From: Auanema rhodensis | Taxonomy: Eukaryota > Animalia > Nematoda | Assembly (NCBI GenBank): GCA_964057225.1 | Contig: OZ059895.1 | Location: 15,810,001-15,874,000, forward strand | Length of the DNA stretch: 64,000 bases | Direction of reading: 5' to 3' | Shown: in pieces, positions 29,794 to 44,228 of the stretch | Layout: each line of letters opens with the position of its first letter | Numbering within the stretch: the first letter of the stretch is position 1 | Translations under genes and position numbers: made by a program | The notes under the pieces: generated by a model | What the model was told of the DNA's origin: nothing | What the model saw: only the letters and a program-made list of their open reading frames with translations | The model's database searches: none

Positions 29794-32700
29794 TTAAATG
29801 TATTTGGGATATGTGGAGAAAATGGCCTTATCTTTTGCACTTATGATATGACTATCGACATTGCACGACTTAGTGTATAGAGATATCGCAGCTTTAGAGA
29901 GAGTAGGTTCTCCACACTTAATCACAATTATGATTAGAATCTGGTTATTTTCAAATTTACCTGGAATATGTTATCACTCGTAAATACGGTGCTTCTCCAT
30001 TGATCTGAATGACCCGCTGATGATACATGTAAATCGGTCAACAACGTAGGTTTAAAACTGTGCCAGTCCTGAAAGAAAAACAGCTGAGGAACAACATTTT
30101 GCAAAAAATGAACAAACCTTTTCGTTAACCTTGAATCCTCCTTTAGCTACATAAGTTTTGTACAAAGCTTTGTCAGTTGCTGATAATGTTGAAGACTGAA
30201 GACCATATATATCTTTAGCAAACAGAAGTCCAGCAGCAAGAATCGGACGATCTATAGCGAATAGAAATAAGGGAAAATGTATTTAAAGCATACCACTTTT
30301 GATTTCTGATCCTTCTTTCTCTTTTCTTGGACGTTCTTCAGTTTTAGTTAATCTTTGCCAAGTTTCATCTACTTCTAATACATCTTCTTTCGCCTCTTCC
30401 TCACCTTCTTCATCATCATCATCTGAATCACGAGATGGCTTCTTTGATGATTTTGTTTCTTTATTTTCCTGAATTCAAGAAAATGTAAAATTTAAAAAAA
30501 CAGAAACAACTAACAGTTTTCCATAATTTCATGAATTGTCCTGATGTTGAAACATCTTGGTTAATCCCGCTAACAGATACCGTCCGTTGATCAGCCAAAA
30601 TCTTAAACTCAGGAATGTATCAGTGTTCATCGTGATTAGACACCTGTGTTTTGATTTTGACATCAATGGAACTCAACTCAAACGTTCGATAATGATTTCT
30701 ATAATCATCTTCAGAAGTCAAACGAATTGATTTTGCAATTTCTCGAGAATGTGCTGGTGATAATTGCTTTTTAGGAGTTCCCTCTTCTAATTCAACAATC
30801 TCATATTCATCTAATTCATCGTCATCATACATCCAGGCACAATAGTCAGTGTTAATCTGGAGTATTGGTTCTAATATCGAAACAAACTTTAGTTGTACCG
30901 TGAGAGTGTTTGGAAAATGTAGGTAGTAGTCGGACGGAAGATCCCATAGAGGAAGAGTACTGCTTATCATGGGCCTAAAGGAGCAATAGTCAAGCATGTG
31001 AGCAAGGTGATGCTTACCTAAACATTCCTAGGAAGAGATTGATTGCAGCTTGTTTATCATAATCAGCAAAAGTATTACTGTAGTAACGTGATAGGGTTTG
31101 TAATACATCACGACTACGCTCCTGAAACAAGCTGTCTTAGCTTATAATGTGAGCTTTGTATTTACTTGAAAAGCTGACGTCTTCTTGTAAGTTTTGATAG
31201 TATGCACTAATTGACTTCCCGCATATTGCCAAGCTAATGTATCTCCATGAGCATCGAACATTTCTTCGAACACACGGCAAACCTTCATTTAATTTCAGAG
31301 TGATTCATATGTAAAGCTCATTTACCTCGCTTTGTAAGCTTAAATGTGGTGTATCAACAAGTCCCATTGCACAGAGTTGACATCCTAGAGCAGCTTTTCC
31401 TACAATATTTTCAAATGAAACTTTGATTTAAATCAACGAAAACCTATAGCAAACTGAGCAACGTTTGTTCGATCTAAGCAATCCACACAGTTAGTTCTAG
31501 AAATTCCTCGTTGAACTAAGAAACGTTTGTCATCAGAATAGTAAGGTTTGAATCCGGTTAGTTCACTACGAGGGCAAATCGTGTGACTGTGAGGCATCGG
31601 GAACGACTAGAAATGGAATTCAAATGAAATTCATGTAATCTATCTCGAAAACCTGGAACCATCCATGAGTTTTCACAGCTTTCATAGCGATTTCATCCAT
31701 TTTAGTAAGAACATTGCTAGTTATAGTAGAACTCTTGTTGCATCTAGCCACATCAAAGCTCAAGTAACAGATTTTCTCCTCGAGTGGTAAGAAGATATTC
31801 AAATAATTGACTGCCTAAGATTAGCAAAATATATTAATTAAATTTATTTTTAAAATTACCTTTATGAACTGATCATGTAATAGCCCTTCATGCCTTCGTT
31901 TTTCTCTTCGTTTTACCAAATTCATAACAATTAATGGATTTCCATACTTTTTCCTCAATTCCCTAAACAAGGTATATTTAGATATCTAATTCGATTTTCC
32001 TAAATTACCTGAAATGAGCACCCGCAGTTTGAGCATGAGGTTCATGAATATCAATCAAGATCAGCGGTTTTCCCACAACTCCACGTGTAGCTGGATCTTG
32101 TGACCAACTGAAAACACTCAAGAGAGAAATAAGCAAATTCGTAGTATTAATACCGCAAAGGAACAGAGCCTCTTCTTTGGCAGAAGGAAGAAAATCGACC
32201 TTTGTCAAGTCGTAAAGATGAACTTGCATCCCAAACAATCTGTTCTGTTTCAACGTCATTTGCAACATTTCCTTTTAAATTTGCTCCTCTCTTCAAAAAC
32301 CTAGTTCCAGCATAAATAGCTGATCTTCGTCCTATTAGTGTGAGTGAAAGCTTCGTACAAGGCAAGTTTATAAGTTGCTGATCTTGAATATTAAACACGT
32401 ATTGTTTTGAAAAGAATTTATAAAAACATACTTATATAGCCATGAATCATCTCAAGACACCATTTTTCAGAAATGTTATTGTTTCTCATAGGCTCTAAAA
32501 GAAAGTTGTTCCATACAAACTTGGAATCAGAGGACAAAATCCGAGATCCAGCCTGAATTTTTTTAGTTTCGAAGACTATGATGAAGGTAAATCATACATT
32601 ATCCCAGGATGTTTGGAGTGCATTTTCTTGTAAAGTTCGACTAAGATCATAAGAATAGGAAAAATAGAAATCAGTAGAAAGATCGACGGACTAAACGATG

Positions 32701-33300
32701 TTGTGGTCAAATGGTAATTTAGACAACTGTACCTGGAAGAGCCGGACGTATCGTTGCTCTTCACTCGATGTTGAAACTCCGTCCATTGTTATACTAATCA
32801 TTGCAACTTCAGCAACTTTGAATATAGTGTGGTAACCAATGCTGGCTACACTGGTAGCTTTTGTTATGAGCTAAAGTTTCGGAATAAGAAACTATTTCAT
32901 GTACCTATGAATCTTACGATCAAGTAATAACCTTCCAAAAATCGTACAGCTCCCAAAATGCCATATGCATTGCTTACACGTTCTATTAAAGCTTTTCCAT
33001 GAGGTTTCTTACCTGAGGGAGATCTTAGCACAACTGAACGAACAAAATGAAAATATAGCTCAGATATAGAACTAAACCTGAATTTCCCTCAGACACAGTT
33101 CCAAGCAACTCTAACACTTCCTCACGTGAATAAGTTGCTTCGGTTTCACCAATTAGAAGAACCTTTGAATCAACTCTATCAATTTTAAGGACATTAAATT
33201 TTGTTGCCGATGCATCACATCCAACTAAGTAGAATCTTCCAGCGGTTTCATAAACTGTTATCCGCCTTATGCGTTCACACATGAACCTTTCAAATAACAT
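29794..33300 (-). CDS. FIG4: Polyphosphoinositide phosphatase FIG4 (Sac domain)
   Basis: Motifs [50 protein letters not shown], catalytic [28 protein letters not shown] and [13 protein letters not shown]. Confidence 0.95.
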
Positions 33301-33556
33301 TTTTATTTTTCAATTTATTGTTCATAATTTTAAACATTTAAAGCTTAGAAATCCTTAATAAATAACAAAAGATAGCAGGTATAATGTATATTTGAAGTAT
33401 TTTCATGTTGACGTCTTTCGCATTTCGGATTAGCGTCATATTGCACTTTCTTTTTGTCGTTTCAGGAGATATATTCTTATGATCCTAATTTTCTAATTTT
33501 TATTTTATTTCTTTTATTTTTTAAATTTATTCAATTTTATATTCATAGGAAGCGCG

Positions 33557-35590
33557 ATGCAGTTTCTGCAGAATCGCTCAAATTTTCCACGATCTTCTCC
33601 GCCAGACCCAAATACTTTGAATCCTGATGGATCAGCAGATTCAATGTGTATGCGAATTTTAAAATATATGCGCTTATATTTTATTTCTGTGTTACAGCTC
33701 ATTGGCAACGCCAACCAGCGAACTTTCCCTCAACCAGTAGCTCCCTACCTCAACTTTCTCCTCCCACGTCCACTGATGATCCATTAGCCACGTTTCTGCT
33801 TGGAGTAGCCGAGTATGTTTTGCTTCAGCATTACAATTTTTTTATTCTTTATTTTTAGTTTTGGAACGAAACTATTTGTTACTCATCCTTGTACAGTATT
33901 AAGGAGACAGTGCCAAGTTCACCAAAGTGCTCGTTCACTCCACGTTACACCAGTTACATTGGTACCTGTAATATGCAATATAGTGTCAAAAGAGGTATGT
34001 TTTAATTCAGTTTTATTTCCTATGTTTGATATTTCAGGGACTTTTAACGTTATGGAAAGGTTCACTCGGATCAGCAGTGGTATGGGGATTATCAAGTGTG
34101 ACCGAGATTGTAATAGCAGATCTCTTCGGTTTACCGAGGTATGTAACGAAGCAAAATATTAATACATAGAATATTTAAGAACGTATGTACGAAATGGTAG
34201 CAGTGAAAGGTACTGGCGTTATATCATGTTGAAAGCGTAAGATTATTAACCTAATTTTTATAATTTTTTTGTTATTTTAGTGCTACATTCTTCACCATGA
34301 CACCATTCCTCATTTCATCTTTCACTGATACTGTCAGGGTAATCGTTTAGCTTTTTCCTTTCAAAGTCTTATGTATTACATTTCAGAGTGAATCAGGTTT
34401 AGGTGGGGATGATAGTCGTGTCTTTGATGTTCTGGTGAAGGGTGCTGATCGCTTACGTTTCGCCGTATTTGGAGCCAGAGATGCATCCAAGAGATTCTCT
34501 GTTCTTCATCTTGCTATTCCCACAGTAACTTTCCGAACTTCTCATTTTATTATCGAAAGTGCACTCTATCATCAATTCTATATCATGGCTAGACGATATA
34601 TTGTAGGTGACTGAAATTAAATACTAATTAACATTTCTCATTTAGGCTAGAAAACCAGAAACAGAAAAGTCGAAGTTTCATCAGTATCTTCCAGTTTTAT
34701 TCGCACGATTGTCCTCTTCTGTATTAACTGATCTCATTCTTTTCCCTGTTGAAACAATCTTGCACAGAATGTATATTCAAGGTTAGTTGAAGATTTTCTT
34801 CATTGATGATTCTGACTTTTCAGGAACTAGAACTCTTATTGATAACTTGGATTCCGGCTTATCAGCTGTATCCATAACTGTAAAATATAATGGCTTCTTT
34901 GATTGCTTACGATCTACTGTCGATAATGAAGGTTTCTTAGCTTTGTATAGTGTAAGTAGTCTTACTCACATTGAAATTTTCCTATTTACTGTGTATTTCA
35001 GGGCGTTGGAGCACTAGGCTTACAGTATATATTGCATTCGCTTTTACAACAACTTATTCGTGCTCTATTTGATCAAGGTTCAGAGGTGTTACGTAAAGCA
35101 ACTGCTGATCAGCAGTTCATATCAACACCACCCCTCTCTACGAACACAAGCTTTACTGGTAAGATATCAATATCATTGTTATAACTCTTTTCACATTTGT
35201 AGGTCCATTGAGCTCAGGTTTAGCTGCTTCAGCTCCACTTTCCGGTCCATTTGCTCAACAAATATCTCCAATAACTAGTCCTAGAAAGTAATTTTTCACA
35301 CTTACAAGCTTTTGTAAATTTGTGTTGATGTTGTATTGTGTAGATCGCATGTCCTCTCTCCCCCCAGGGATCCCACGCAATTTCCAACATTTGGCGAATC
35401 ACTAGCCACACTAGATGCTGCCTACCCACCCTACACAAATAGGCAAAACGTATTTGGGAGTCCAACCCGGTACATATTCATTTTGGGAGATGACATATGC
35501 ATGCATTTCCTATGTGATAATTTCAATCTAACCATTGGTTTTTCAGAGGTGGTGAAATCTCTAGTCCTCTTCCACCAAATGACCGATTGA
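33557..35590 (+). CDS. slc-25A46: Mitochondrial outer-membrane carrier-like protein SLC25A46
   Basis: Motifs [48 protein letters not shown] and YNGFFDC...EGFLALY. Confidence 0.92.
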
Positions 35591-35863
35591 GTGACCCTTT
35601 CAGCGGGTAATGTGGCCACACCGAAGTATTGATAGATTAAATTTGCATTCAATGTAGCTGATCTTGTAATATATATAGTTAGCTAGTTTAAATTTTTGTA
35701 CCGGTGCTTTCATGCATAGCTAATTTAATTCCTTCTTAAATCAATTTCTTAGATTTTCATGGTTTTTACCATGTTCATACATGTATTTCCTTTTTATATA
35801 TAATGTCCTGCTTATTCTATGCTTTAATTCTAGGTATTAGGACTTTTCTCGCCGAAACTCAAC

Positions 35864-36774
35864 ATGTCTGATTGGGGTATATACATTATGGTTTTTGATT
35901 TCAATCGTATTGTATTCAGATGCTGATGATTTTGAGCCCGAGATTTCCTCTCTCGCTCCCCCTCCTGTAGATGAAGAGCCTATCGTTCCAGTCGCTCCAG
36001 CTGGTCCAAAAGTTGAGAAGAAAAAGGTTAGTTAACTATTTATATAATAAGGTTTTTATTTCTTATTTCAGGAAATTAACATGGAGAGTCTAGGTCGAGA
36101 ATTAACAGCCGCAGAAAGGGAGGAACTTCAGCGTCGCAATGATTTAAAACTGGCTCAAGAAATGTTTGGTAAGGTTTTATTACAAAGTTACATATTTTTC
36201 AATGTTGTTCAGGTCTCGAAGCTTCAAGTGACGAAACTGATTATAAGGATATTATTTCGAAAGAAGAATTTGAAAACTGGGGTATTAAAGTACGTTAAAC
36301 TTTTGAACAGCTTAACTTTTTACAACTACGATTTTTAGATCGGTACTTTTATTAGCACACGTCATAAGGCTGCTCATTATGGAGACTTGATCAACAAGTT
36401 GATGGTAACAGTTACCGAAAAATGTAAGTTTTTCATTTATCTTGTTGTCTTTATCACAGTTTCTTAGTGGATGCCGCTGAAATTAGGAAAATGTCCACCA
36501 ATCTCAAGACCATTGCTGATTCCAAAAAAGAGGAGAAGGTAATTCTACACTTATATATTTCTTTTATATAATAATTTCTTAGCCTAAGCCTGGAACTGCT
36601 GCCGGAGCTAAGAAGAAGAAAGCTCAACTTAAGGGAGCATCTAAAGGAAACAGCATGTTTGACGATTACGGTATGATTATCTTCTTGTCAAGATGTTTAA
36701 AGTTCACTATTTTAGAAAAGGGTGGCGGTGGAGGATATGGCAAATATGATGATTATGAAGATGATTTCATGTAA
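35864..36774 (+). CDS. eif-3.J: Translation initiation factor eIF3 subunit J
   Basis: MSDWDADDFEP start, ELTAAEREELQRRNDLKLAQEMFG, and YDDYEDDFM-stop end. Confidence 0.92.
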
Positions 36775-37052
36775 ACTGTTTTTTAGATTTCAATTCTCCG
36801 TTGCCTAACCATACATTTCTTATCATTTTTGGTGTTTTGTTTTCTTTGTTTTCTGGAACCTGGTGATGTTGTTGTTCCTTTTGCTGTGATATTTCTTGCC
36901 TTAGCATGAAATATAGCTGCTGTTTTTATATCCAGAGTTTGAAAAAAAATTTTATTTTAATTATTTAAAGCATATTTTATATTTCTTTTTGTCGTTTATA
37001 CGAAAAATATTTAAATCACTTTTTTTCATTTTTTTCTAATCATATTTAGTTC

Positions 37053-40000
37053 ATGAGTAACTCGGAAAACTTAACACCTGTTGAAGCTCGGAAGCTTCTC
37101 GAAGAAGGTCGACTCCATGTATACCGTTGGGAGGATGATGACGTCTGTATGTTTCTACCTTATCCTTTTTTTTCTATTTCGAATATTATAGCTCAACGAT
37201 TCGCTGCGGATCAAGCACGGTTACCTTATGATAGACTAACCAGCCAGGAAGCTGGGTGTTTTCCTGATCTTTTGGATAATAAGACATCTTGTCAACTGTT
37301 TTTATATATAAGAAACAAAATTGTAAGTATAATTACAAGTTATACATGATAAAGATCTATTTCTTTAGTTGCAAATGTGGTTCCTCGAGCCAAATGTTGA
37401 GCTTACAGCCAACGATGTCTATCATCAGATGATCGTTCCCTACAACAGTATGTTCATATATTAATATTTCTAGTTTGAATTTTTTTCTAGGTGATCGCAG
37501 CCTTATTAATAGAGTTCACGGGTTTCTACAAAGATACGGTTTCATTAACTTTGGAATTTTTCATCGCTTGAGGAGTATAAATCTTAAAGTTGTGCAATTT
37601 ATTTAAAATAATATTATTTACAGATACTCCTAATCTTTCAGAAGGAGCTAGAAAAAAGATTATTGTCATTGGAGGAGGTGTCGCTGGCCTTGCAGCTACC
37701 AGACAGTTGATCTATTTCGGATTTGACGTCATATTGCTCGAAGCTAAAGTAATTAGTAAACAATTTTTCTTCTATGATTCAAATCTTTACAGGGTTGTTG
37801 CGGAGGAAGGACATTGTCATATACCGTGAAGACGGCTACACAAACGGAACATGCTGATTTGGGAGCAACTTATATGCATTCCATCAGTAAGATCACTAGT
37901 TCAAAGCTTAAAACTCTGATGATTTACATTTACAGAAGGAAACCCAATCACCACTTTATTGAAACAGATTGATTGCCATCCGTATGAAGTTAATTGTGAA
38001 TGCCCTCTATATGATGATACGGGCAAACTTGTTGAATCAAGCAAGGAAAGATTAGTCAATGAGGCTTTCAAGTTAGCTGGAAATAATCCTCTCTATGAAA
38101 AATGTGAAATTTATAGGCGATTGGTCGATTTGAATAATTTTATGCATAATGATCGAGTTCTTAAAAAGCCTGATGGTTCCGACTTTAATTTAGAAGAAAC
38201 TTGCTTAAACCTCATGGAGTTTGTGTAATATCTTTTACATTTTACAATTGTCTTTTATAGTATTCTTGAACTTAAAATGCAGAAAAAAAGAAGAGAATTC
38301 TGGGAGTTGTATGAAGAAGTTTTGGGTAAACTAATTGCTGTAAAGAATGAAGTATCAACTTTGGGAAGTTCCTATGTATTGAATTTTTCGTTTCAGGTTA
38401 AAATTTATACAAGACTAATCGATGATCTCACTGCACAACCCAAATCATCTGAAGTTGATAAAATTGATCCAACTGAAGATAAACTTCGTCTTCCATTTGA
38501 AATTGATGCACGTTGTCGAAATAGAGATTTAGTTGAAAGTGTTAAGGTAATCAGTTATCCTATTATTTCATCTCATCCTCTTCATCCGTATTCTAGCGCT
38601 TAGAGAATGCTGTAGATAGATATAATAATTTGGAAACTACTCTTAGAGATATGAAGCGTCAGGAACCCAGGTTGGATTTTAGTTACGCATGTTAAACTGA
38701 AATTGGTTATTTGAGTTCCAGTGATTGTTACATGAATGCGAGGGACAAGAAGTTGATGCATTTCCATATGGCTATTTATGAAGGGAAATATGGAGCACCT
38801 CTTAGTGATCTCTCGGCAAAAGATTACAATCAGTCAGAGAGTTATTTTGGAGATAAGCATTGTATTGGATGTAAGTTTCCCTCTCATTCAATCTCTGCGT
38901 GGGCTTCACCAACTTTTAAACGAATTATTCTTTTAGTTAAAGAAGGTTACGGTAACGTTATGAACAAATTATTAACAGGAATCGGTGAGAATGTACGGAC
39001 ACATTCTGAAGTAACTAAAATCGATTATACTCCAAAAGGTTAATTCTCTTTTTATATATCTTTCTTTCATGATTGGCTGTTTCAGGTGTAACTGTAAAGT
39101 ATAAAAATACGAGAGGTGAATGTGATGAAGTCGAAGAAACAGCGGATTGTGTACTTGTAACAGTGCCATTGGGTGTTTTAAAAAAGATTACCTCACAAAG
39201 TGAAAGTGCTATGGTCTTTAATCCACCTTTGCCTGACAAACATATTGAGGCTATTACTAGAATTGGAAGTGGTGCTCTTAATAAGGTATGAATGAAGGTG
39301 ATTTATATAATTCAATAGATGCTTTCAGATTGTCATGATTTTTGATCGTTGTTTCTGGAATACTGAAACTCAATTCTTTGGTCATTTGAATAAGCAAAAG
39401 CATGATCGAGGGGAGATGTACCTTTTCTGCTCATCTCCGGGTTCTCTTATTCTTACGGCATTAATGTCAGGCCATTCCGCTAGACTTCGTATACCAAATC
39501 ATGTTCGTTATTCATTTTACTAGTTTTATCTCGATCGTATTCTTTAGGTAATCGTGAAGCAGTGTGTGATGGTTCTTCAAAAAATTTTCGGTGTCAATGT
39601 GCCTCAACCCGTTGAATGTATCATCACACGATGGGATGAAGATCCGCACATTTTGACGGCTCTGTCATATATACCTCCTGGAAGTGATGGTAACGACACA
39701 CAGGCTAAAATTTAGAGAGGATATATTGATGGTTATAGGCTCATATTTGGATACTCTTGGTGAAAGTGTTGCACCTATCGATGAGGAAGGAAAACGAAAT
39801 GGAGAACCTCGACTATTCTTTGCTGGTGAACACACTAGCAAAGAATTTCATGCGACTGTTCAAGTATATTTTAATCTGGTTGACGTTTCCAAATGTAAAC
39901 TTGCAGGGAGCTTGGCTGAGTGGGGTGCGAGAAGCTGCCAAGATAGCTGATCAGTACATTGGTTGTTCCTTCTCCAGGAATTCAATGTTAAACCCCGAAT

Positions 40001-40206
40001 GCATTACTTTAGACGATGATAATGAAGACGGGCGTAGTGCAATGCCAGAGCTACGAAAGAATCCTATGCGTCCACACTTGTGTTCAACTCTACGTCTTCC
40101 CCAATACATGCTACAACACTCAGGTACTCCAGGTGTGCGTAATGTGCCCAGACCGGGTGAAGTGACATACCTTGGGCCTATTAATCATCAACGACCGAAG
40201 AAATAA
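37053..40206 (+). CDS. spr-5: Lysine-specific histone demethylase LSD1/KDM1A (SWIRM + amine oxidase + tower)
   Basis: SWIRM motifs ARLPYDRLT and FLQRYGFINFG, FAD-binding IIVIGGGVAGLAA, ADCVLVTVPLGVLK, GALNK (catalytic Lys), LFFAGEHT and GAWLSGVREA. Confidence 0.93.
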
Positions 40207-41189
40207 GCATGTAGATCTTGGTGCTTAGTAGCCAGACGATGACACGATCAATGTAAAAATTGTCTCATAGCCTTTGGATGGATTTAATCCGTGTAAAATC
40301 ACTACCCCTTATCATTTGAATGTGATCTCACTTAAACCCCGTACATGTTCTTTTTTCGTCTCTTTCTCGCTTTCTCTTATGTTCTCTCTTTCTTTTTTCT
40401 CTCGTTATTCCATATAGCCTTGAATATACAACTTATTGAGAGATAACCTTATATACATAAATATGGAATTACTTATACATAAATATAAAATTTATCATTG
40501 AATTTATTCTTTAAGTATTTATAATTCAGTCAAATGAATTGTCATGTGTTTAGATTCTCGGCTTGTACTATTTGCTCTTTTGTTTTTCTTTGAAATATTC
40601 AGAATTACGATTCCTTCTAATAGATAGTTGTGTGAATTTTTTGAAAAAGCCGCGAAATTATCATTTAAAACATTTTGCAATGTTATGCAAGAGTTGGTGC
40701 AATCACCTAGCTTGTAATGAGTATAAAGATCAAAGATGGGACGAACTTGAGGGCTGAATGACGAAGCCCTCCTCCGCAATAAACTTAAAAAGTCGTTGAT
40801 TTCTGATAAATATATCTGGAAAGCTGCGAAATTTCGAAACTAGGTGAGGAAATCGATAGATTTCTTAAATGAACACCACAACTGACAAATGATCATGTTC
40901 AACAAACCTTTTGGACCTTGATAATGAGAGAGGGAGAGAAAGGATAAGATTCTTCCGGATAGCTATAAGGGAAAAGGTTGAATTGGGTTCGAGAATAGAA
41001 TGAATGACATACTATTTCTAAGCGGAGTTGAACTTTGAATAGAAATGAAACAAGATTGAAAGAATCATCTCACGTTTTTTTGATTATTTGCCAAAGGGTC
41101 ATGGCTCAGCGTTGTAGATTTCAGTCATCTTTCGCACAATAGTCCACGTACTTTTCTCAACTCCTTATGTTATCTTTCAACTCTCCAGC

Positions 41190-41312
41190 TTCCTCTCTCT
41201 CCCTCCCTTCTTCCTTCTCAGTTTCTCTTTCTCACAGTGTCTCTCTCTCTTTCTCTCTCTCTTATTTCCCTTCTTCTTTCTCTCTTCCATTCTCTCTCTC
41301 TTTCTCTTTCTT
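41190..41312. repeat. CT-rich polypyrimidine low-complexity tract
   Basis: Almost pure C/T tract. A related (CTT)n tract lies at ~41625-41670. Confidence 0.85.
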
Positions 41313-44228
41313 CTGTAATAATTACTGTTACATTGCAGGAAAGAAGATCATTCAGAAGAATCTTATGATGAATACATGATGCATGACTATTTTCGTGGAC
41401 TATACGTCTAGCCGGATAGAAAGCTCGGACATGAATTACTTGGAAAGGATGGATCAAGCATATGTGGGAAAACTCCTGGTTCGTCAGTATTAAACAGGGC
41501 TTGTTTGTGTATTGCAACAGTCCAAACAGCCCTCCTTCTATTATCTCTGGCGTTCTCTCCTTTCTCTTTAAGTGCTAACTGTTGTCTCTCATCCAGCGAT
41601 TAGCCTCCGCCTTCAGCTATATCTCTTCTCCTGCTTCTTCTTCTTCTTCTTTTTCTTCGTCTTCTTCTTCAGTCCGGTCCGTTGTGGCTGTCAGTGTAAT
41701 GTGCAATGGATGGAGGAGCTGTCGATCTGCTCTCTCTACTCCCTGGTCAGTTTGATCAATCGATAATTTTCCTTATATATCCAATAAACTTAACTATGCT
41801 CTACCTCTGTATTTTGTATATTTGGTTAAACTTATACCTTATGCCATAGTTTCATCGGAAACTGCTAATCCAACAGAAATTAGTTGCGTTTTCTGTCGCT
41901 GTAGCCGATGTAACCATCGAGAACTTTCTGGAGTTCGTGTTGATAATGCTTGTTCCAACTTCATCTCATCTGTGTCATGTTCATTTAATTAATAGAAAAA
42001 CATATTCGACCACATGCTACCTTTCGTTTCCTTCTGGACGTTCGTTAATACCTCATTCTTGGCACTAAAACAAGAATATTTATGTTTCTTCACTTAAAAA
42101 TACTCAATTTCTTTGTTTTAACAACATTATTCACATAGTTATCACTTCTATATGTTTTCATTCTTTGTTAAAATGTAGAATAATGACAGGAATGATCTTT
42201 CTATGTGCTACACAAGAGTTCTTCCTGCTGTTCCCGTCATCAATGTCCTCTTCTACTGATTTTTCACTCCTAGTTGATGTTCAGAACAACTTATCTTTTA
42301 TTTACTTTTAGCTACTATTAAGCAAAGAGTATAGTTTGAGGAGAAAATATTCAAGAGAGACGACTACATAGAGTTCTTCTGATTTGAGTTCTCGAACCTT
42401 TCTATTTTCATGTTCACCTCCTTCCCCTTTTCGACTAAAACTTCAAAACAAGTTTTATCTGGTAAATTTCGTTTTTCTTTTCAAATTCGTGTAGTTTTCT
42501 CTGAAACTATTAGCAGATTATAGAAATATTTATATGTATTCGAACTTATATTCTCATAAACTTTTTTTGCAAACTTGAACAAAGGTTCAGCGGCAGTTTG
42601 TCGGCTGAATGCTGTTTGAATCTTCCAAACTTTTTCCAACCTTTCCACCTTTTTCTGCGCGATTGTTTAGTTGAATTTTGAAGTTGTTAACCTCTACTCA
42701 AACTTTTCTCAACACTTCAAGCTTATTCTATCTAATGCTTAAGCATTAGCACTATCGCCTTATACGAATGCAACCTTTAATCTCGAAACATGTTTCAAGA
42801 TCTCAAACAGGAAAGACATTGCAGTTAGCCAGAGGTGATTGTTCCGATAGCCGGCTATCAGGCGTCCACAAGTGTCTCCCATCTCTAAACTCTCTTCTGT
42901 GCATATGATCAGTACGCTGAACAGACTTCAAAGAAAGAGATAGAAACTGAAGAAGTCCCGACGCAGACGATGGGACGATGAAGCAAATACCGCTCTCAAC
43001 CCTGAACGAACTTGTTGTCCTTTCAACTTCACATTGTTATTATCGTCGTGATTGCAATAGAGAGATGACCCTATAATGAAAGATATCTGTGAACATCTCA
43101 GAATAAAATTGGAACTTTTTCTTCAAAATCTAAGCTTTTTTTCAAAGTTTTTACGTCAAAATTGCTTACATCTTATGTTTATATTCGACGTGCATGTTCG
43201 GCTATTGTAATATTAATCAAGGCCTATTGCACCCATTGTCATATTAACATTGGGCTTGGCATTTGCGGTTCTAGGGAAATCTGTTGTGAATCGTGTACAA
43301 ATCATCGCAAGATGTCATCAACGTTGTACAAAGTAGCCGCTGTATACTTCTCTCATCAGCGATCTCATCCCCAACTGCCTTAGAATGGATTCGCTACTCT
43401 TTTTCTCTCTCTTATCATCTCTAGTCATATCATTCATTCCCTCTTTTTTCAATTCCAAGAAAAGGTGCGACAAGCTTTTTTTTGAGAAGAGTAAAATTTG
43501 TGATACGAAACGTAAAAGTACAGCATTTTAACGTTTCTATGTAACCATATCCTATAATTCTAAGTGTTAAAGATTAGTAGAGAGATAGAGATAGAGAGAG
43601 AAAGAGAGAAAAGCAAAGAGCGACATTTCTGTAGGTATAATACTACAAGATATCCTAAAGATAACGAAACGAGCACGATGTGGCAGCAAAGAGTTATTTC
43701 TAAGTCTGGTTTGTCATTTGATCTGATCTGCTGCGAACTTCGTTCTAGCATTTGCGACAAACTTCCTTCCTTCTTCTCATTTTTAAAAAGCTTTCATCTA
43801 GCACACAGTCTCTATACCTAGGAAATATCTTGCCGGAAAGTATAGGAGGCAGAAATATTGTAATGCCGCCTCATAAGTTATCCGCTTTCTCGTATTTTTT
43901 TTTCTAAAAAAAAAACGTTTGAGAAAAACAGACAAAATGGTTCACACCTTTCACTTAAAACACTATGTTAGAATATAATTGAAATAAAACTCTTGATTAA
44001 ACGAATTAATTTATGTATTATTGATTATATAAGAATATACAACCGTTCACTTCCATTTTTAAAAGAAAAATGAAGAAAAATGACAGGAGAATACGTGGGT
44101 GCACGTCTCACGTAAATTCGTTGTTATTAATTAGCATATTGATTTTAAAATTTTCCCTAGAGCATAGTTTAGGATAAATGAGAGAAAATAATCACTTTCT
44201 ATTTATATTCTCAATAATATTGTTTTAG

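Noticed and set aside
36580-36592. Telomeric repeat (TAGCCTAAGCCT)
   Set aside because: Fewer than two units, formed by a splice acceptor plus Pro-Lys-Pro codons of eIF3j.
41340-41480. First coding exon of the FBXO28-like gene with stop-codon readthrough
   Set aside because: The frame that would join exon 44229 contains an in-frame TAG, and the open frame has the wrong phase. Without transcript data neither model is supportable.
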